Of a stretch of 64,000 bases of DNA, positions 25,110 through 37,900 are shown piece by piece; the stretch's first letter is position 1, and each line of letters starts with the position of its first letter. The stretch is from Felis catus (taxonomy: Eukaryota). The stretch lies in contig NC_058368.1 of the NCBI RefSeq assembly GCF_018350175.1, forward strand, positions 68,140,001 through 68,204,000, given 5' to 3'. Under the pieces are notes generated by a model. The model searched no databases. It had not been told where the DNA came from and was given only the letters and a program-made list of their open reading frames with translations. The translations under genes were made by a program, and so were the position numbers.

Positions 25110-25978
25110 GGTTCTAGGACCCAATTCCAAATATGTGTGTGTATGTGGGCGGGGGGGGGGGGTGTGGAGGGTTTTGTTTTTGTTTTTGTTTTTCTCCACA
25201 TAATCAAGCAATGCTCTGGATACAACTTGGTGTGCTAACAATTCAAATCAATTCTGACACTATTTGTGTGAAGATAGTGTCTGATCCCACAGGTTAAAGG
25301 TTCAGTTGAACAAGGTTTTCCCCTTCGTATGCATGCCTTCAGTCATCAGTCACAAACCCAGGGTGTTACCTGTGCTTCTGCTCAACTGGCTACAAAGACA
25401 TTCCCACAGTCCCCTCCTTGTGTCCCACTAATTTGCTAAAATGGCTCACAGAACTCAGACAAACATTTTACTTACTAGATCACCAGTATTATAAAAGGAT
25501 ATAACTCAGAAACAGCCAGATGGAAGAGGTGCATAGGCTGAGGCACGGGAAAGGGGCATGGAGCTTCCGTACCCTCTCCAGGACACCACTGCTTCTGCAC
25601 CTCCATGCGTCCACCAGTTGGGAAGCTCTCTCAACCCAGTCCTTTTGGGTTTTTACAGAGGTTTCAGTACATAGGCATGATTGGTTAGATCATTGGCAAT
25701 TGTCTAGCCATCCAACCTCCAGAACCTCCCTCCTTCCCAGAAGCAGGAGATGGGAGGGGGGTCACTGCTTAAAGTTTCAACCCTCTAATCACTTGGTTGG
25801 CTCCTTTGGCAGCAGGTACCCATCCAAGGGTGGGTTCCAAAAGTCACCTCTTTAACACAATGGAAGACACCTTTTTTGCTGTCATCCCTTAGGAAATTCC
25901 AAGGGTTTTAGGAACTCTGCGCCAGGAATGGGGACAAAGACCAAATGTATATTTCTTATTATAAATCATTATATCACA
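25110..25978 (-). mobile_element. MER21-family solo LTR
   Basis: Reverse complement begins TGTGATAT...TATACATTTGGTCTTTGTCCCCATTCCTGGCGCAGAGTTCCTAAAACCCTTGGAATTTCC, matching the MER21 5' end as recalled. Confidence 0.7.
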
Positions 25979-28325
25979 GCCTCCTGTGGAGGTCAGGGTT
26001 GGGGACCAGGAAGCAGGGACAAGAATCAAATCTATCACAGTGAGCTTTTAAGTATTCCTTGACTAAGATGGAAGCTAAGATCATTGCAGGGGCCTATGCA
26101 CCTTTATTAAACTGGTTTTCCTTTGGGCATTTTGGGTTTCCTGGAAATGCTTCCTTTTCCGTGGAGGAAAATACCATCTCCTAGGTAGATGTTTATTAAA
26201 GGAAAAGCAGTGATACCTAGAACATTTTCAATTTCTTTCTGATTAAGATCATACAAATGTTAATTAAATATAATCCTACATGAATGGGGGGTATGACTGC
26301 AAATTAATTCTATTCCCCTTTCTATGGGGAGCGGTTGGAATAATACTAGGTAATTTAGTTGCTTAGAGCAAGATATTCATTAAAGCAGTGCTATTTATTT
26401 GATCTATGTAGTATATTAGGTATGCTATGTAGCAACTTTGAAACTATTTATTAAAAAATGTAGAAAAAGAATATTATGTTATGTGCACCCCAACTGCCTT
26501 TCCTCCTTCACCCTTGGGTGGTAAAAATAAAGTCAGCAAACATTTGTTTCCATTACTTGATTGCTATAAGTAGCTCTTTATCTTTAATGAGTGGTTAACC
26601 AGATATTGAAGTTGTAGGAATTCAGAATTTGGATGTCTGGATTAAGACAGCAGTAATTTAATAATTCGCCTATATTATGTTCCCAGTAAAGGCAACTGTC
26701 ATGTGAGAAGGAAGTGTCTAATAGCATTTTTGAACTTCTGATTTATTAGGTACATTTTGTAATGCCTATCCTTCATTCAAAGTCATCTTATAGTTTTCAG
26801 GTTATTTTATGAAGCAGCATTCATACTAAAATCATTTCACTTATTTCTAAAAAGGACAGATTTCTATGTTCTGGAACATTATCTCTATCCTTTCTATGTA
26901 CAAGCCTTTAGAAAACATTTATTTTCACATTTTGGCTGAAAATGACTTTAGAATAGATAGAGAGTTTATGATCCAAATATGTGCATTCTTTTTTATTTTA
27001 TTTTTTTATTGGTAAGTTGTCTAAAATGATAGAACACTTGTTTAAAACCTATTTACTTAGCACAAGGTAATAGAGTTCATTCTCCCTGCCTTTCAGAAGA
27101 CGTGTTCTTAGTGGGCAGGACAGAGAAATGCCTGGAGAGACCTCTGGGTCTAAAACATGGTTAACACTGCAGTGGAATCACTGTGTTAATGACCGGTGGT
27201 CTCAGCTCTCACTGACTCCAACATTTTCCTAAGTGGTAGGTAACTGGCATCATGTTTGATAGTCTGTCTGCTAGAGAACTATGGCTTTACTCAATGACCT
27301 ACATACTCCCTAAGTTATAGGAGAGAGATGGGGTATTCTGGGCTAGGTCTTATTTCTGTGCCTTGAATGACTATGTCTGAACTGAACTCTCGGGCGTACT
27401 GACCTACCCCTGGGGTCAGAGGAGCAAATGAGTGAATATTTCTGGGCATGGTCTGCCCAGTGGTCATTTATTGGGTTCCAGGGATGTGACTGGTAATGAA
27501 CTGACCACCTAAGAGTATATGAAGATGAGTAAAAATAGTTCCGCTCTTAAGCAGTTGAAACTTACTTGGGGAGACCATGTTTATTTGTCCATTGATAGCT
27601 TAGGAGAAAACATGGTGTGAAGGCTATAAGCACAGGTCCAACAAAATGAGTTTGTATCCCACCAATGTGATTTATTAGCTGTGAAACTTCAAGCAGATTA
27701 CTTAACCTTGCTGTGCCTGCATTTCCTCCTGTGTAACTAGGTAAAATAATAGAATTTACTCCATAAAGTTGTTTGAAAATGAAGTTCCTGGTTCTGCTGG
27801 TAATAATCTCTGTAATGCTAAATTATAAGCATATACACTTAGATCTTCATTTGGAAAATGTAAAGATGGCTTTTTGACCACTTAATATGAAAAATGAAGG
27901 ACTATTTGATTTCCCCCAGCCTTTCTTCCCTTCACTTCACTAATGATTCTTTTATTATTACATTTTGTAATGTTATCAGTTTTAATAATCTATTTGAACC
28001 TCCATTGCTTGTTGCATTAACTTTAGGCAACATTTCACGATTCCTCACTACAAAAGCTGAGGGAAATAACATCATTACCTTTCTCCTCTTCCTCCAACTC
28101 CCACCTCTTCCTCTAACTCCCAAATTCCGTTAGCTCTACTATTATTTTCCTATCATCAGGGTTTATAAAATTTACCCCTTCTTCTGAAACCATAATTTAA
28201 ATATTTTGTCTGTCAGTTAACTCTAAAACTATAAAAATGTTTTCAACATCTGTATTATTATGATTATGGAAGTGTGGCTTATTGAAGAGTCAAATGGTGA
28301 TTGATCTTGTAGAAATATGGAAACT

Positions 28326-28425
28326 GATATCTCTAGTCTTGATAGATGATCTAGATAGATGATAGACTAGATCTCTAGTCTAGATAGATGATATCTCTAT
28401 CATCTATCTATCTATCTATCTATCA
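28326..28425. repeat. Nested inverted (GATA)/(TATC) repeat
   Basis: TAGATAGATGATA (28381-28393) and its perfect reverse complement (28398-28410). A second stem TAGACTAG/CTAGTCTA (28363-28370, 28375-28382). Confidence 0.9.
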
Positions 28426-28909
28426 TTTTTCATCTTTCTGAGTCTACTTTGTATATTCAGATATTCTCTTAAAGCCTGCACACTTCCTGCCCCAATGTGA
28501 ATGAGAATCTTTCTAGGCCTGCAGTCCAGCATCAGGCAGAGAGCAACTTTTACTGGTATGGATTATGTCTTCTATTTCCAGGAATCCCTGTTCTTATTTT
28601 CCTTTGCAGTTTTTGTTTTTTTACTGCGCTCTTATCTTTATTCAATAAGTACTTTTTGAGCACACGATGTGCCAGGCACTTTTGATGCAATTGTGTATAA
28701 GAAAGACAAAATCCGTGTCTTGTGGAAGTGTCCCTGAAGCCAGGAAAACAGAAAATAAACAATAAAGAATAGGTAAATTATATTAACATGTTAGAAGGTG
28801 ATGAGTGAGTGATATATGAAAAAATAGATGATGTAGATCAGGGTAAAGGAGACCAGCAGGGTTAGTGAGGGGTGGGTACAATGTATTTATTTTTAATTAA
28901 TCAACTTTT

Positions 28910-29128
28910 GGGGCGCCTGGGTGGCACAGTCGGCTGAGCATCCGACTTCAGCCAGGTCACGATCTCGCAGTCCGTGAGTTCGAGCCCCGCATCAGGCTCT
29001 GGGCTGATGGCTCAGAGCCTGGAGCCTGTTTCCGATTCTGTGTCTCCCTCTCTCTCTGCCCCTCCCCCGTTCATGCTCTGTCTCTCTCTGTCCCAAAAAT
29101 AAATAAACGTTGAAAAAAATTAAAAAAA
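28910..29128 (+). mobile_element. Young Can-SINE (SINEC_Fc-type)
   Basis: CpG-rich body. TSD AATCAACTTTT at 28899-28909 and 29129-29139. Confidence 0.96.
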
Positions 29129-29139
29129 AATCAACTTTT

Positions 29140-29620
29140 TATTTGAGAGTAGTGTTAGGGTTACAGAAAAACTGAGCAGAAAGTACAGAGATCCCGTGTA
29201 CTACCTCCCATGACAGTTTCCCTTACTGTTATGACCTTGCATTAGTGTGGTACATTTCTTACAATTGATGAAGGAATATTTATACATTATTATTAGCTAA
29301 AGTCCACAGTTTACATTAGAGGTCACTCTTCCTATCGAACATCCTGTGGATCTTGGCGAAAGTATAATGTCCCATATCCATCATTACAGTATCACGTAGA
29401 ACAGTCCCCCAGTTCCACTGTGCTCCACTGATTTATCCCTCCCTCCCTTGTCCCAAACCCTGGTGACTACTGATCTTTTTACTGTCTCTACAGTTTGCCT
29501 TATCCAGAATGCCATACAATTGGAATCATATTAGACTTGCTTCTTTCAGTGAGAAATATGCATTTTAAGTTTCCTCCATGTCTTTTTGTGGCTTGATAGC
29601 TCATTTCGTTTTATTGAATG
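29140..29620 (-). mobile_element. Old L1 (L1MC/MB-like) 3' UTR
   Basis: GGTTACAGAAAAACTGAGCAGAAAGTACAGAG...CATTAGTGTGGTACATTT...ACTGATCTTTTTACTGTCTC. Confidence 0.75.
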
Positions 29621-30824
29621 TTACAATTTTTAATAAGCCAAGCAATGCAGGTTGCTTTGTTGGAGCACACACTCTCATAACTTCTTATGAAAGGGTGCCT
29701 TTGAGGAAGATTTTCTGAGTCCTTGGATGCTTGAGCGTGTCAGTGTTTTATCCTCAAATAACTGACAATTTGGGTTGCCAAAGCACTTTAGGATAATGGA
29801 ATGTCCCTTCAGTATTTTGACTGCATCATTCCATTGCCTTTTAGAATCTAGTGTTGATAATGAAAAGTCTAACACTCATAACTTTGTAGATATTCTTCAT
29901 GTTTTATTTTCCTCTGGACACTTAGGATTTTCTGCTAGTCTTGATTGTGCTGAAATTTCACAGGGATGTGCTGGGGTGCTGAATTTTTAATTTTCATTCT
30001 GGTCTTAAAAATTTTTCTTCTATTATTTTTTTGATTACATGTTTCCCTCCATTTTGTTTGTTCTCCCTTTTTGGATCTCCTATTGGTTCAATGTGGACTC
30101 TCCTGATTAATCTTTTTCTCTCTTAAATTTTATTTCATGTCTTCTGTCTCCTGTTCTTCTGTTTCCATGCTATAAAATTTCCTAAAAATAATTTCTGCCT
30201 TTATTTTGTATTTTTATTTTGCTAGGTCTATACTTATAATTATAATATATAATTATATTCTTTTTAGTTTCACATATGATTCTTTCTCATAGCATCCTAT
30301 TTTTATTTTATGATGGCAATATCTTCAAATGCCTACAAGAATAAGAATTCATTTTATGAAAGTTGTCTTTTGTTCTCTGAATTATGTTTCTTCTGGCACC
30401 AATTAAATTTAGAGTGTTGGGGTGTGAAATAGGCCAGCAAGTTGACCTTCAGTCCCTCTATGTAACCACACTAGTTTGCCACAGGCAAATTATTTAATTT
30501 CTGTAAAAAAATAAAAAGAGAGAGAGAGACAGAGTATTTAGTTTGTTTTGCCTTGAGGTAAATTTTGAGTTGCTCATTGTTAGCACATGCTAGGATAGAG
30601 ATGGGAGATTGGGGACTGGTGTATTGCTTAATTACCCACCTCATTTTCTGTCTCATCCTCCACCCCTCCTGGTTACCAGTGGACTCTGAACTTTGTGGCC
30701 ATTGTGAGACTTCATCAGGCAGACTGGCTCTTACCTCTTACAGCCAAGAGGGCACAGCAGCTACTGACGATATACTGACACAAAAGCCTTGAACATTTGC
30801 CTAATGTTTCCATATGAAACACAA

Positions 30825-30866
30825 ACACACATACACACACACACAAACACACACACACACACACAT
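30825..30866 (+). repeat. Imperfect (CA)n microsatellite
   Basis: Directly visible. Confidence 0.9.
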
Positions 30867-31179
30867 CCCAAACTTAACTTGGGACATCTTTCTCTCAGTT
30901 ATTTGAGATATAATCAGATGTAACCTGTGACTTTGAATGAACTTCACCTGGAATTATTACGTGCCTACTTAGAGTGTTTTGGTTTTCATTATCTCTTGTA
31001 ATGTACTTAATAGTTATAAGTGTGATGACAGCCAGTAAATGACAAGTCTAAGTTGTCCTACACCTATGTATTCTGCAAACCATGAAGTAGGCATTGTGTT
31101 AAGCTCTGGTGACAGAGCAATGGAAGATCTCATTCCTGATCTGGAGGAATTTGCACTTCAGTCAAGACATACATGGAGA

Positions 31180-31385
31180 GGGGCACCTGGGTGGCTCAGT
31201 CGGTTAAATATCCAACTCTTGATTTTGGCTCAGGTCATGATCTCACAGTTTGTGAGTTCGAGCCCTCCATTGGGCTATCTACTGACAGCACAGAGCCTGC
31301 TTGGGATTCTGCCTCTCCCTCTCTCTCTGCCCCTCCCTTGTTCATGCTTTCTCTCTTTCAAAGTACATAAATAAACTTTAAAAAA
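31180..31385 (+). mobile_element. Can-SINE (SINEC) within L2 remnants
   Basis: GGGGCACCTGGGTGGCTCAG head, CT-rich body, A tail. Confidence 0.93.
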
Positions 31386-32254
31386 GAGATACAAGTAGAG
31401 CTACAATGATAGAGCTGTGTATGCACTAATCTAGAGGTTTCCAGGACACAGGAATCCATCATTAGGTAAACCAGGGAGAGAGGAAAGGCTTTTGCTAAGT
31501 TGCTGGGTTGAATTTAGAGGATTTTTGGAGTTAGCCTGGAAAGGGGAAGATAGAGTATATTCTGGGCAAATGGAATGGCTCAGGGAAAGAACAGCGGTTC
31601 CTGATCTGGAGAACGCGTTTGGTGCGGTGAAAGGGAGGATAGAGCTGCTCACCCACAATGAGCTTGTGTGACGTGCTGATGAGCTCAGAATTTCTCCAGA
31701 GGATGAAGTTAGTGCACAAGTGAAGGATTTAAAATAGGTGAGTGTCATGATCAGAATTGCATTTAGAAAGGTCACTCTGGATGCTGTGTGGAGACTTAGA
31801 ATTAAGTAGTCCCTTGAATTTGTGTGGTGCGGTGGGGGGTTTATTTTATTTTGGCAGAGATGGCAGTGATAGTTAAGGGCTGGGATGCCTGCTCACCCCC
31901 TCCTTCTAATCCTCGCCAAATTAAGAGGTATTAGTGAAAATTCTCAGCAAACTGGTCACTCACCTTCTTTTCATAGTACCGGTTCTAGGAGTGGAAGTGG
32001 GGATGATTAGAAGGGGTGGGTTGGGGCACATTCTCTGCCTCATTCGTGGCCTCCATTTTTGTAAAATACATGGCATTAACTTTGACTCTTCCTTTATTCG
32101 GTTGTGCTGGTAATTATTATTGTTCTTCTTTGCTACTGTTCATAATTTTTCTCTTTATTCCATTAAATTTGAGAGAAAGCAAATACTGTTTGCTTTCTAG
32201 TTTCCTCTAATTTTTCCTTAGATTGTATTCTCTGATCAGAACAGACATGTTCTG

Positions 32255-32499
32255 TGAACGTAAAATACACACCAGACTTCAAAGGTTTAGCAAGAAAAAT
32301 AAGAAAGTGCAGCATATTAATAATTTTTATATTGATTACATGTTGAAATCGTAATATTTTGAATATCTTGGGTTAAATAAAATACACCATTAAATTATTT
32401 TCAGCTGTTTCTTTTAGTTTTTTTTTTTTTTTAGGGTGGCTACTAGAAAATCTAAAATTACATCTGTGGCTCACCTTATATTTTTATTGGACAGCAGTG
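32255..32499. mobile_element. MER33/MER3-like hAT-Charlie MITE
   Basis: TATATTGATTACATGTTGAAAT...AAAATTACATCTGTGGCTCACCTTATATTTTTATTGGACAGCAGTG terminus. Confidence 0.7.
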
Positions 32500-32544
32500 A
32501 CTCAGAAGACTTTCTTTTATTTCTTTAAAATGTTAGCAATGGTA

Positions 32545-32758
32545 GGGGTGCCTGGATGGCTCAGTCGATTCAGTGTCCAACCTCAGCTCATCATGATCTT
32601 GCGGCCCATGAGTTCAAGCCCTACATCAGGTTCTGTGCTGACAGCTCAGAGCCTGGAGCCTGCTTCGGAATCTGCATCTCCCTCTCTGCCCCTTCACTGT
32701 TTGTGCCCTATCTCTCTCTCTCTCTCTCTAAAAAATAAATAAACATTAAATTTTTTTT
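32545..32758 (+). mobile_element. Can-SINE (SINEC)
   Basis: SINE head and tail. Degenerate TSD AAATGTTAGCAATGGTA / AAATGATAGCAACAGTA. Confidence 0.93.
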
Positions 32759-33303
32759 AAATGATAGCAACAGTATTGAGGGATTTTGAAGTAAGTTAAT
32801 TTATTCATGAAACAAGTAATGATGATTCTATGTCAACACTTTTCTAGGCATCAGAGCTGTAGTGGTAAATGTGACAAAGCCCTAGATCTCATGCAGGATC
32901 TGTTTTGGTGGGGATGGCAGACAATAGGCAAGTAAACTAATTAATAAATGCATGGTGGAATTCTCGTTAATGATGAGTAACATGAAGAACTACGGCAGGA
33001 TAAGGAGGTAGAGAGTTTCCTGAGTCTCTGCTGGATAAGATGGAGCCTAATGTGGATAGGGCGGTTGGGGAAAGCATCTTTGAGGGGCTATCACTTCAAC
33101 AGAAACCAGAAGTGATGAGGAGAGCCGGCTAGGTGAACCCCGCAGGTAGGAGCATCACATCACCAATGGAAGAAACTGCAACCACAGAGCTCGACTCTCC
33201 TGAGGCAGAAACAAGCTCAGTGTGTTCACGAAAGGTCAAGGAAGCCAATGTGGCTGGGGCAGAGTGAGGCAGGCAGTAGTAAGGGCTCCCTTGGAGAAGT
33301 AGG

Positions 33304-34380
33304 CAGGGTTGTTCTGTAAGTGTGCTGTGCAGACCCCTGGGGATCTCAAGACCTTTCAGGGGGCATCCGCAAGGTCAAAACTATTTTACTGTGTTAATAT
33401 TTGCACTCCTGATGGAAAGGCAGTGGTGGAGTTCTAGGGCTTATCCAGGTGGGGCACCAAACTGTACGAGTCACTATAGTCTTCATTGCCATTCAGGACA
33501 AGTACACATAATGCCAGGTTCACATAAGAATGACCTTGCTAAAGCAGTGTAATTATTAATTGCATTAAATCTTGAGCTGTGAGTACACATCTTTTTAACA
33601 TTCTTTCTAATGGCTTGGGAAGTACATAGGAAGCAAATACCCAAATATGATGGTTGTGCCAAGGGAAAGCAATGGCACAATTGATTGTGAGCCCAACTGG
33701 TAGTGTTTTTGATGGAGCATCATTTTTTTTTTTTTAATTTGAAATAATGTCTTGCAAGTTACGGTTATTCAGACTCAGGTATTTGGCAGAAAGGTTCTCA
33801 AAAATGAACCTATCACTTCGAAAGCGAGTCTGTCACTTCAGGGGAAACAAATGGCAATATTTGTTGCTAATGATAAAATTTCAGCTCTCAAGAGAAAGTT
33901 CAAGTTTTTGGAAGGCCTGTGTGAGGCTCCATGAGCGTCACTGTTGCCCAATACTGATGAGATTGGTGGTAATATTAACAAATGCAATTTTTAAATGTTA
34001 GGCAATGAAGTATGTTAACATTTGACAGTTCCACATAACCCATTGAACCGATGGTTTCTAATGACCAACACATAATGTCAGAAATCATGCCCGAATAAAG
34101 AATCATTCAAAGTGCGAGACACAGCAAGGTATCTTACCACAATACCTTACAAATGTTCATTGATAAAGCTTCAGATTCTACATTGTAACTAACCCTGAAG
34201 GCACTACCACTTGTCAAGTTGGCATGTAGTACCCAAGAAACATATTCAAATTATCTAAAAGTGACATTAGAATATTCCTGTCATTTCCAACTACATGTGT
34301 GACAATTTTTCTCATATCCTTCCTCCAAAATAACGCATCAAAGCAGATAACATGCAAAGGAGATATTATAACCTGTCTTG
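33304..34380 (+). mobile_element. Charlie1-family hAT DNA transposon remnant
   Basis: 5' end ..GCAGACCCCTGGGGATCTCAAGACCTTTCAGGGGGC..AAGGTCAAAACTATTTT. Transposase relics YLAERFSKMN and LSLQGKQ..IFVANDKISALKRKFKF in ORFs 33747 and 33752. Confidence 0.75.
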
Positions 34381-34464
34381 TTGATAATTTGTTCCCATAC
34401 TGCTGTTTGTCTCCCATGCTTTCCAGCCCTGCTTGAACCCTAGATCTCATACTGTCACCCCATT

Positions 34465-34698
34465 ATTTATTTGTTTGTTTGTTTGTTTATTTATTTATTT
34501 TTAATGTTTTACTTATTTTTGAGACAGAGACAGAGTGTGAACAGGGGAGAGGCAGAGAGAGCAAGACGTAGAATCTGAAACAGGCTCCAGGCTCTGAGCT
34601 ATCAGCACAGAGCCTGACATGGGGCTTGAACACACGAACTGGGAGATCATGACCTGAGCCGACATCGGATGCTTAACCGACTGAGCCACTCAGGCGCC
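34465..34698 (-). mobile_element. Can-SINE (SINEC_Fc-type), first of a tandem pair
   Basis: Antisense body with (TTTG)/(TTTA) tail. Confidence 0.94.
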
Positions 34699-34713
34699 TC
34701 TCATCACCATTTT

Positions 34714-34925
34714 AAGTGTTTACTCTTTTTTTTAAGTTTATTTATTTATTTAGAGAGAGAATGCAAGTGGAAACAGAGAGAGAGAGGGCGACAGAGAATC
34801 CCAAGTAGACTCCATGCTGTCAGCGCAGAGTCTGATGCAGGGCTCAATCCCACAAGCCAGGAGATCATGACCTAAGCCGAAATCAAGAGTCAGACGCTTA
34901 AACAACTAAGCCACCCAGGCACCCC
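34714..34925 (-). mobile_element. Can-SINE (SINEC), second of a tandem pair
   Basis: Antisense body. TSD TCTCATC[A/C]CCATTTT at 34699-34713 and 34926-34940. Confidence 0.94.
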
Positions 34926-37900
34926 TCTCATCCCCATTTTTAAAGCCATAACCAGCAAGTGTTTCTCAAGTCTTAAGGTTCATTAGAACCCTAAGGTCTT
35001 GTTAAAATGCAAATTCTGATTTAGTAGATCTGTTGAGTCTGTGTTTCCAACATGTTTCACATGAATCCTGTGTAGCTGATCCATTGGCCACACTGAGTAG
35101 CAAGAGTTTAGAGCACTCCTCAGGGCTTACCAATACCTCATCTTCAGAGCAACATTCAATGCTGATCAGAAAGTGTTGAGTCTATATTGCTAGCAATATC
35201 TCTTTCCACTTTCTCTCTCCACTCATCCTCCTCTCTTCCCTCTTTATTGTTCTGGTCACGCTCCTAATAAGCAATGAATTTATTTGGACAAAGTAAAAGT
35301 CTGCAAACCCTCTATCCTCACCTTGTCTGTACAACCAGGCTTTGAGAGATTCAAACTCTCTTGGCCTGGTGGTGTTGATATTTGAAAAAAAGGGATTTGG
35401 GTTGGATTAAGTCATGTTTTACAGATATCCCTCCATTTCCTTTTAGACATACTGCAGAAGATTTGATTCTTTTCCAGTCACTGTAAGATCACTATAAGCC
35501 CAAATTTTAGAAGAGGAGTCTTCTGGAACATCTCACTGTGGGCTGGGTGTTAGCTTAAGTTTCAATTCATGATAATTATGTTAAGCCTTGAACTGTTTCT
35601 TATATTTACTGCTCTTTCAGTGCAGGTCAGCAGGGCAGAGGGTGGACTGTGATTCATTAGTTGCTGTTGTAGCTAGGGCCATCCTCTGGCTGTGACAGGG
35701 TCATTGGCCAATCCATGGTCATCTTTACAGTAAGCATTATGGAGATGCCAGCTTCCTTGAGGGTGTAAGTGTTTTGGCAACAAAATACTTTCGAGTAAGT
35801 TAAAATAGCACAGTGGCGGGGTCATGGAAGTTGAAAAGAAACCTTATACTGAGAAATCCAAAGGACTTTGAGAACTCAGGGGACTGTTTCAGAGATCTGT
35901 CCCCTCCTGGACACATGAAAGTAAGAAAGCAGAGTGTGGTTGTAGAAAGTGTACTTGAGTGGGCATTATAAAGCTTGGTTCTTCTTGTCCTGTATCCTAG
36001 GTTTTGTGAACTTGAGCAAATCACCAAACATCTGTGAAACTCAGCTTCTTCCCGTGTGAAATGGAGGTTTTATTTGCCCTACTTGCTGACCTGGGGTGTT
36101 GTGAAGGCTTAATGAGACAAGAAACATCACTACCATTTTGTATCTCCTAGAGTCACTTATTTATTATTAAAGCTGCTAGAATGGAGTAGCTGGCATGTCC
36201 AGTCATCCGTGTTGGGGCAATGAGTGTAATAAATAATTCGTGTTGTGTCTCTCCCCAGTCCTTTCCCCTTTGAGAAATAAACACAACTGTCACATATCAG
36301 TTTCATTACCCTTAAAGCTGGGGAGAAGAACACACCATGGACTGGAGGCCAATTTGTGATACCTTCTTTCTCTCCTGAATACAACACACCTACCTCCAAA
36401 AGCCAATGAGCTAGACAGGTAACTGCAGGCCATTCCAGAGATGGCAGCCCCACACTGTCCCAGCAGAGGTGGGACCTGCCTCAGCTGGATCCAAAGAGCA
36501 GCCAGACCTCATCATGCGGTCACCCCTTTTCTGTGGAAAGGCAAGAATGACTGTAAGAAGACTGACAGCCGGTCCCCAGTAATTTTGAGAGAGGGCAATT
36601 CCTATTTGAAGGGTCACAAAGGGTAACTGATTGAGGGGAAAAATGGTTTCTTCCACACATTATTCCATTTAACTCTTGCAACTGCACTTTGACTACATGG
36701 CATTCTTCCAGTGAGAAATATAAAGGTTAGAGAGCTTAAGAAATGTGCTCAAGGTCCTTCAGCCAGTGTGGATATGCAAGTACACTGCCTACTCTTGGCT
36801 CTTCAGTGATACGGAAGGTGTGAGGTCTGTGGGTTCCATTGGCAAATACATTTCAGGGCTATGCGGGTGGTTGACAAGAGGTTGGCTCAAAAGGAGAGCG
36901 TTGATGGAGGCTCAGATGTTTTAAGAAAGGCTCAGGCAAGGTCAGAAAATACTTGGTGTGAACTTCCAGAAGTAAAAGAGTACAGAGAGAAGGAATGTCT
37001 GAGTTTGGGAGCTGGGCTTTCCTGATATTACATGGACCCCCACTGACTGGGGAAAAGAACAAGCATTAACATCACACTCTTGCCACTTTTGCTTGCCTCT
37101 GGAGACAACTCTCTTCTGCGTTCCCCCAAAGTGGGAGCCTTTTCCAGGAGGTGGTCTGCACGAAGCACTTCTAGGCAGGAGGTTAAAAGCTCTAATATAA
37201 GATGCATACTTAATGTGATTTTCTGCTTCATTCTCCTTTAAAGATAAACTGGGGAGCTAAAGTGTCAATGTTTGTAGCTTCATTCTCTGTTGTAATTGGA
37301 TGCTGTTGTTTGCATTTGAAATGGGAGCCAAGTGAAGTGAAACTAAAAACTTCTTAAATGGTGCTTTGATTCTTCAGGGGAGTGGGGAACATAGAGACGG
37401 ATGAGTTATTTGGATCTTCCTAAGAAAATCCCCAGCCTTTGTCAAGGGCTTCACGTTTATTTACTTAAAAACAAGTGTCCTGTTCCTCAAGAGTTTCAAA
37501 AATGATCCTGCATGTTATTGACAAATAATAATTTAATGGACAGCCTGATTAGATGGGCACAATGAATTAGCTAGCGGCCTGACAGCCATGTAAGCATTAT
37601 GTTCTGTATCTGTTTACTCAGCACTAGGTGAAATGCAGAAGTCTATTGAAAATCAGATTTCCATGCTGCTTTGTCAAAGCAAATTTAATCACAGCCAGAA
37701 CATGTGGCATCCATCATTTCCACTTCAGAAGACATCAACGGGGACGGATCAGCAACAAGGAGCCCGGCTGCCATGGCTGTCCTCCACTCACAGGAAAATT
37801 AAATTTAACTATAGATCCTTGATAAATGAGGCCGCCGAAGCCATCAAGCATGATGACGAAGTGCTCAGTATTAAAGTAATCCCCAGGGGCCCCCAAACTA

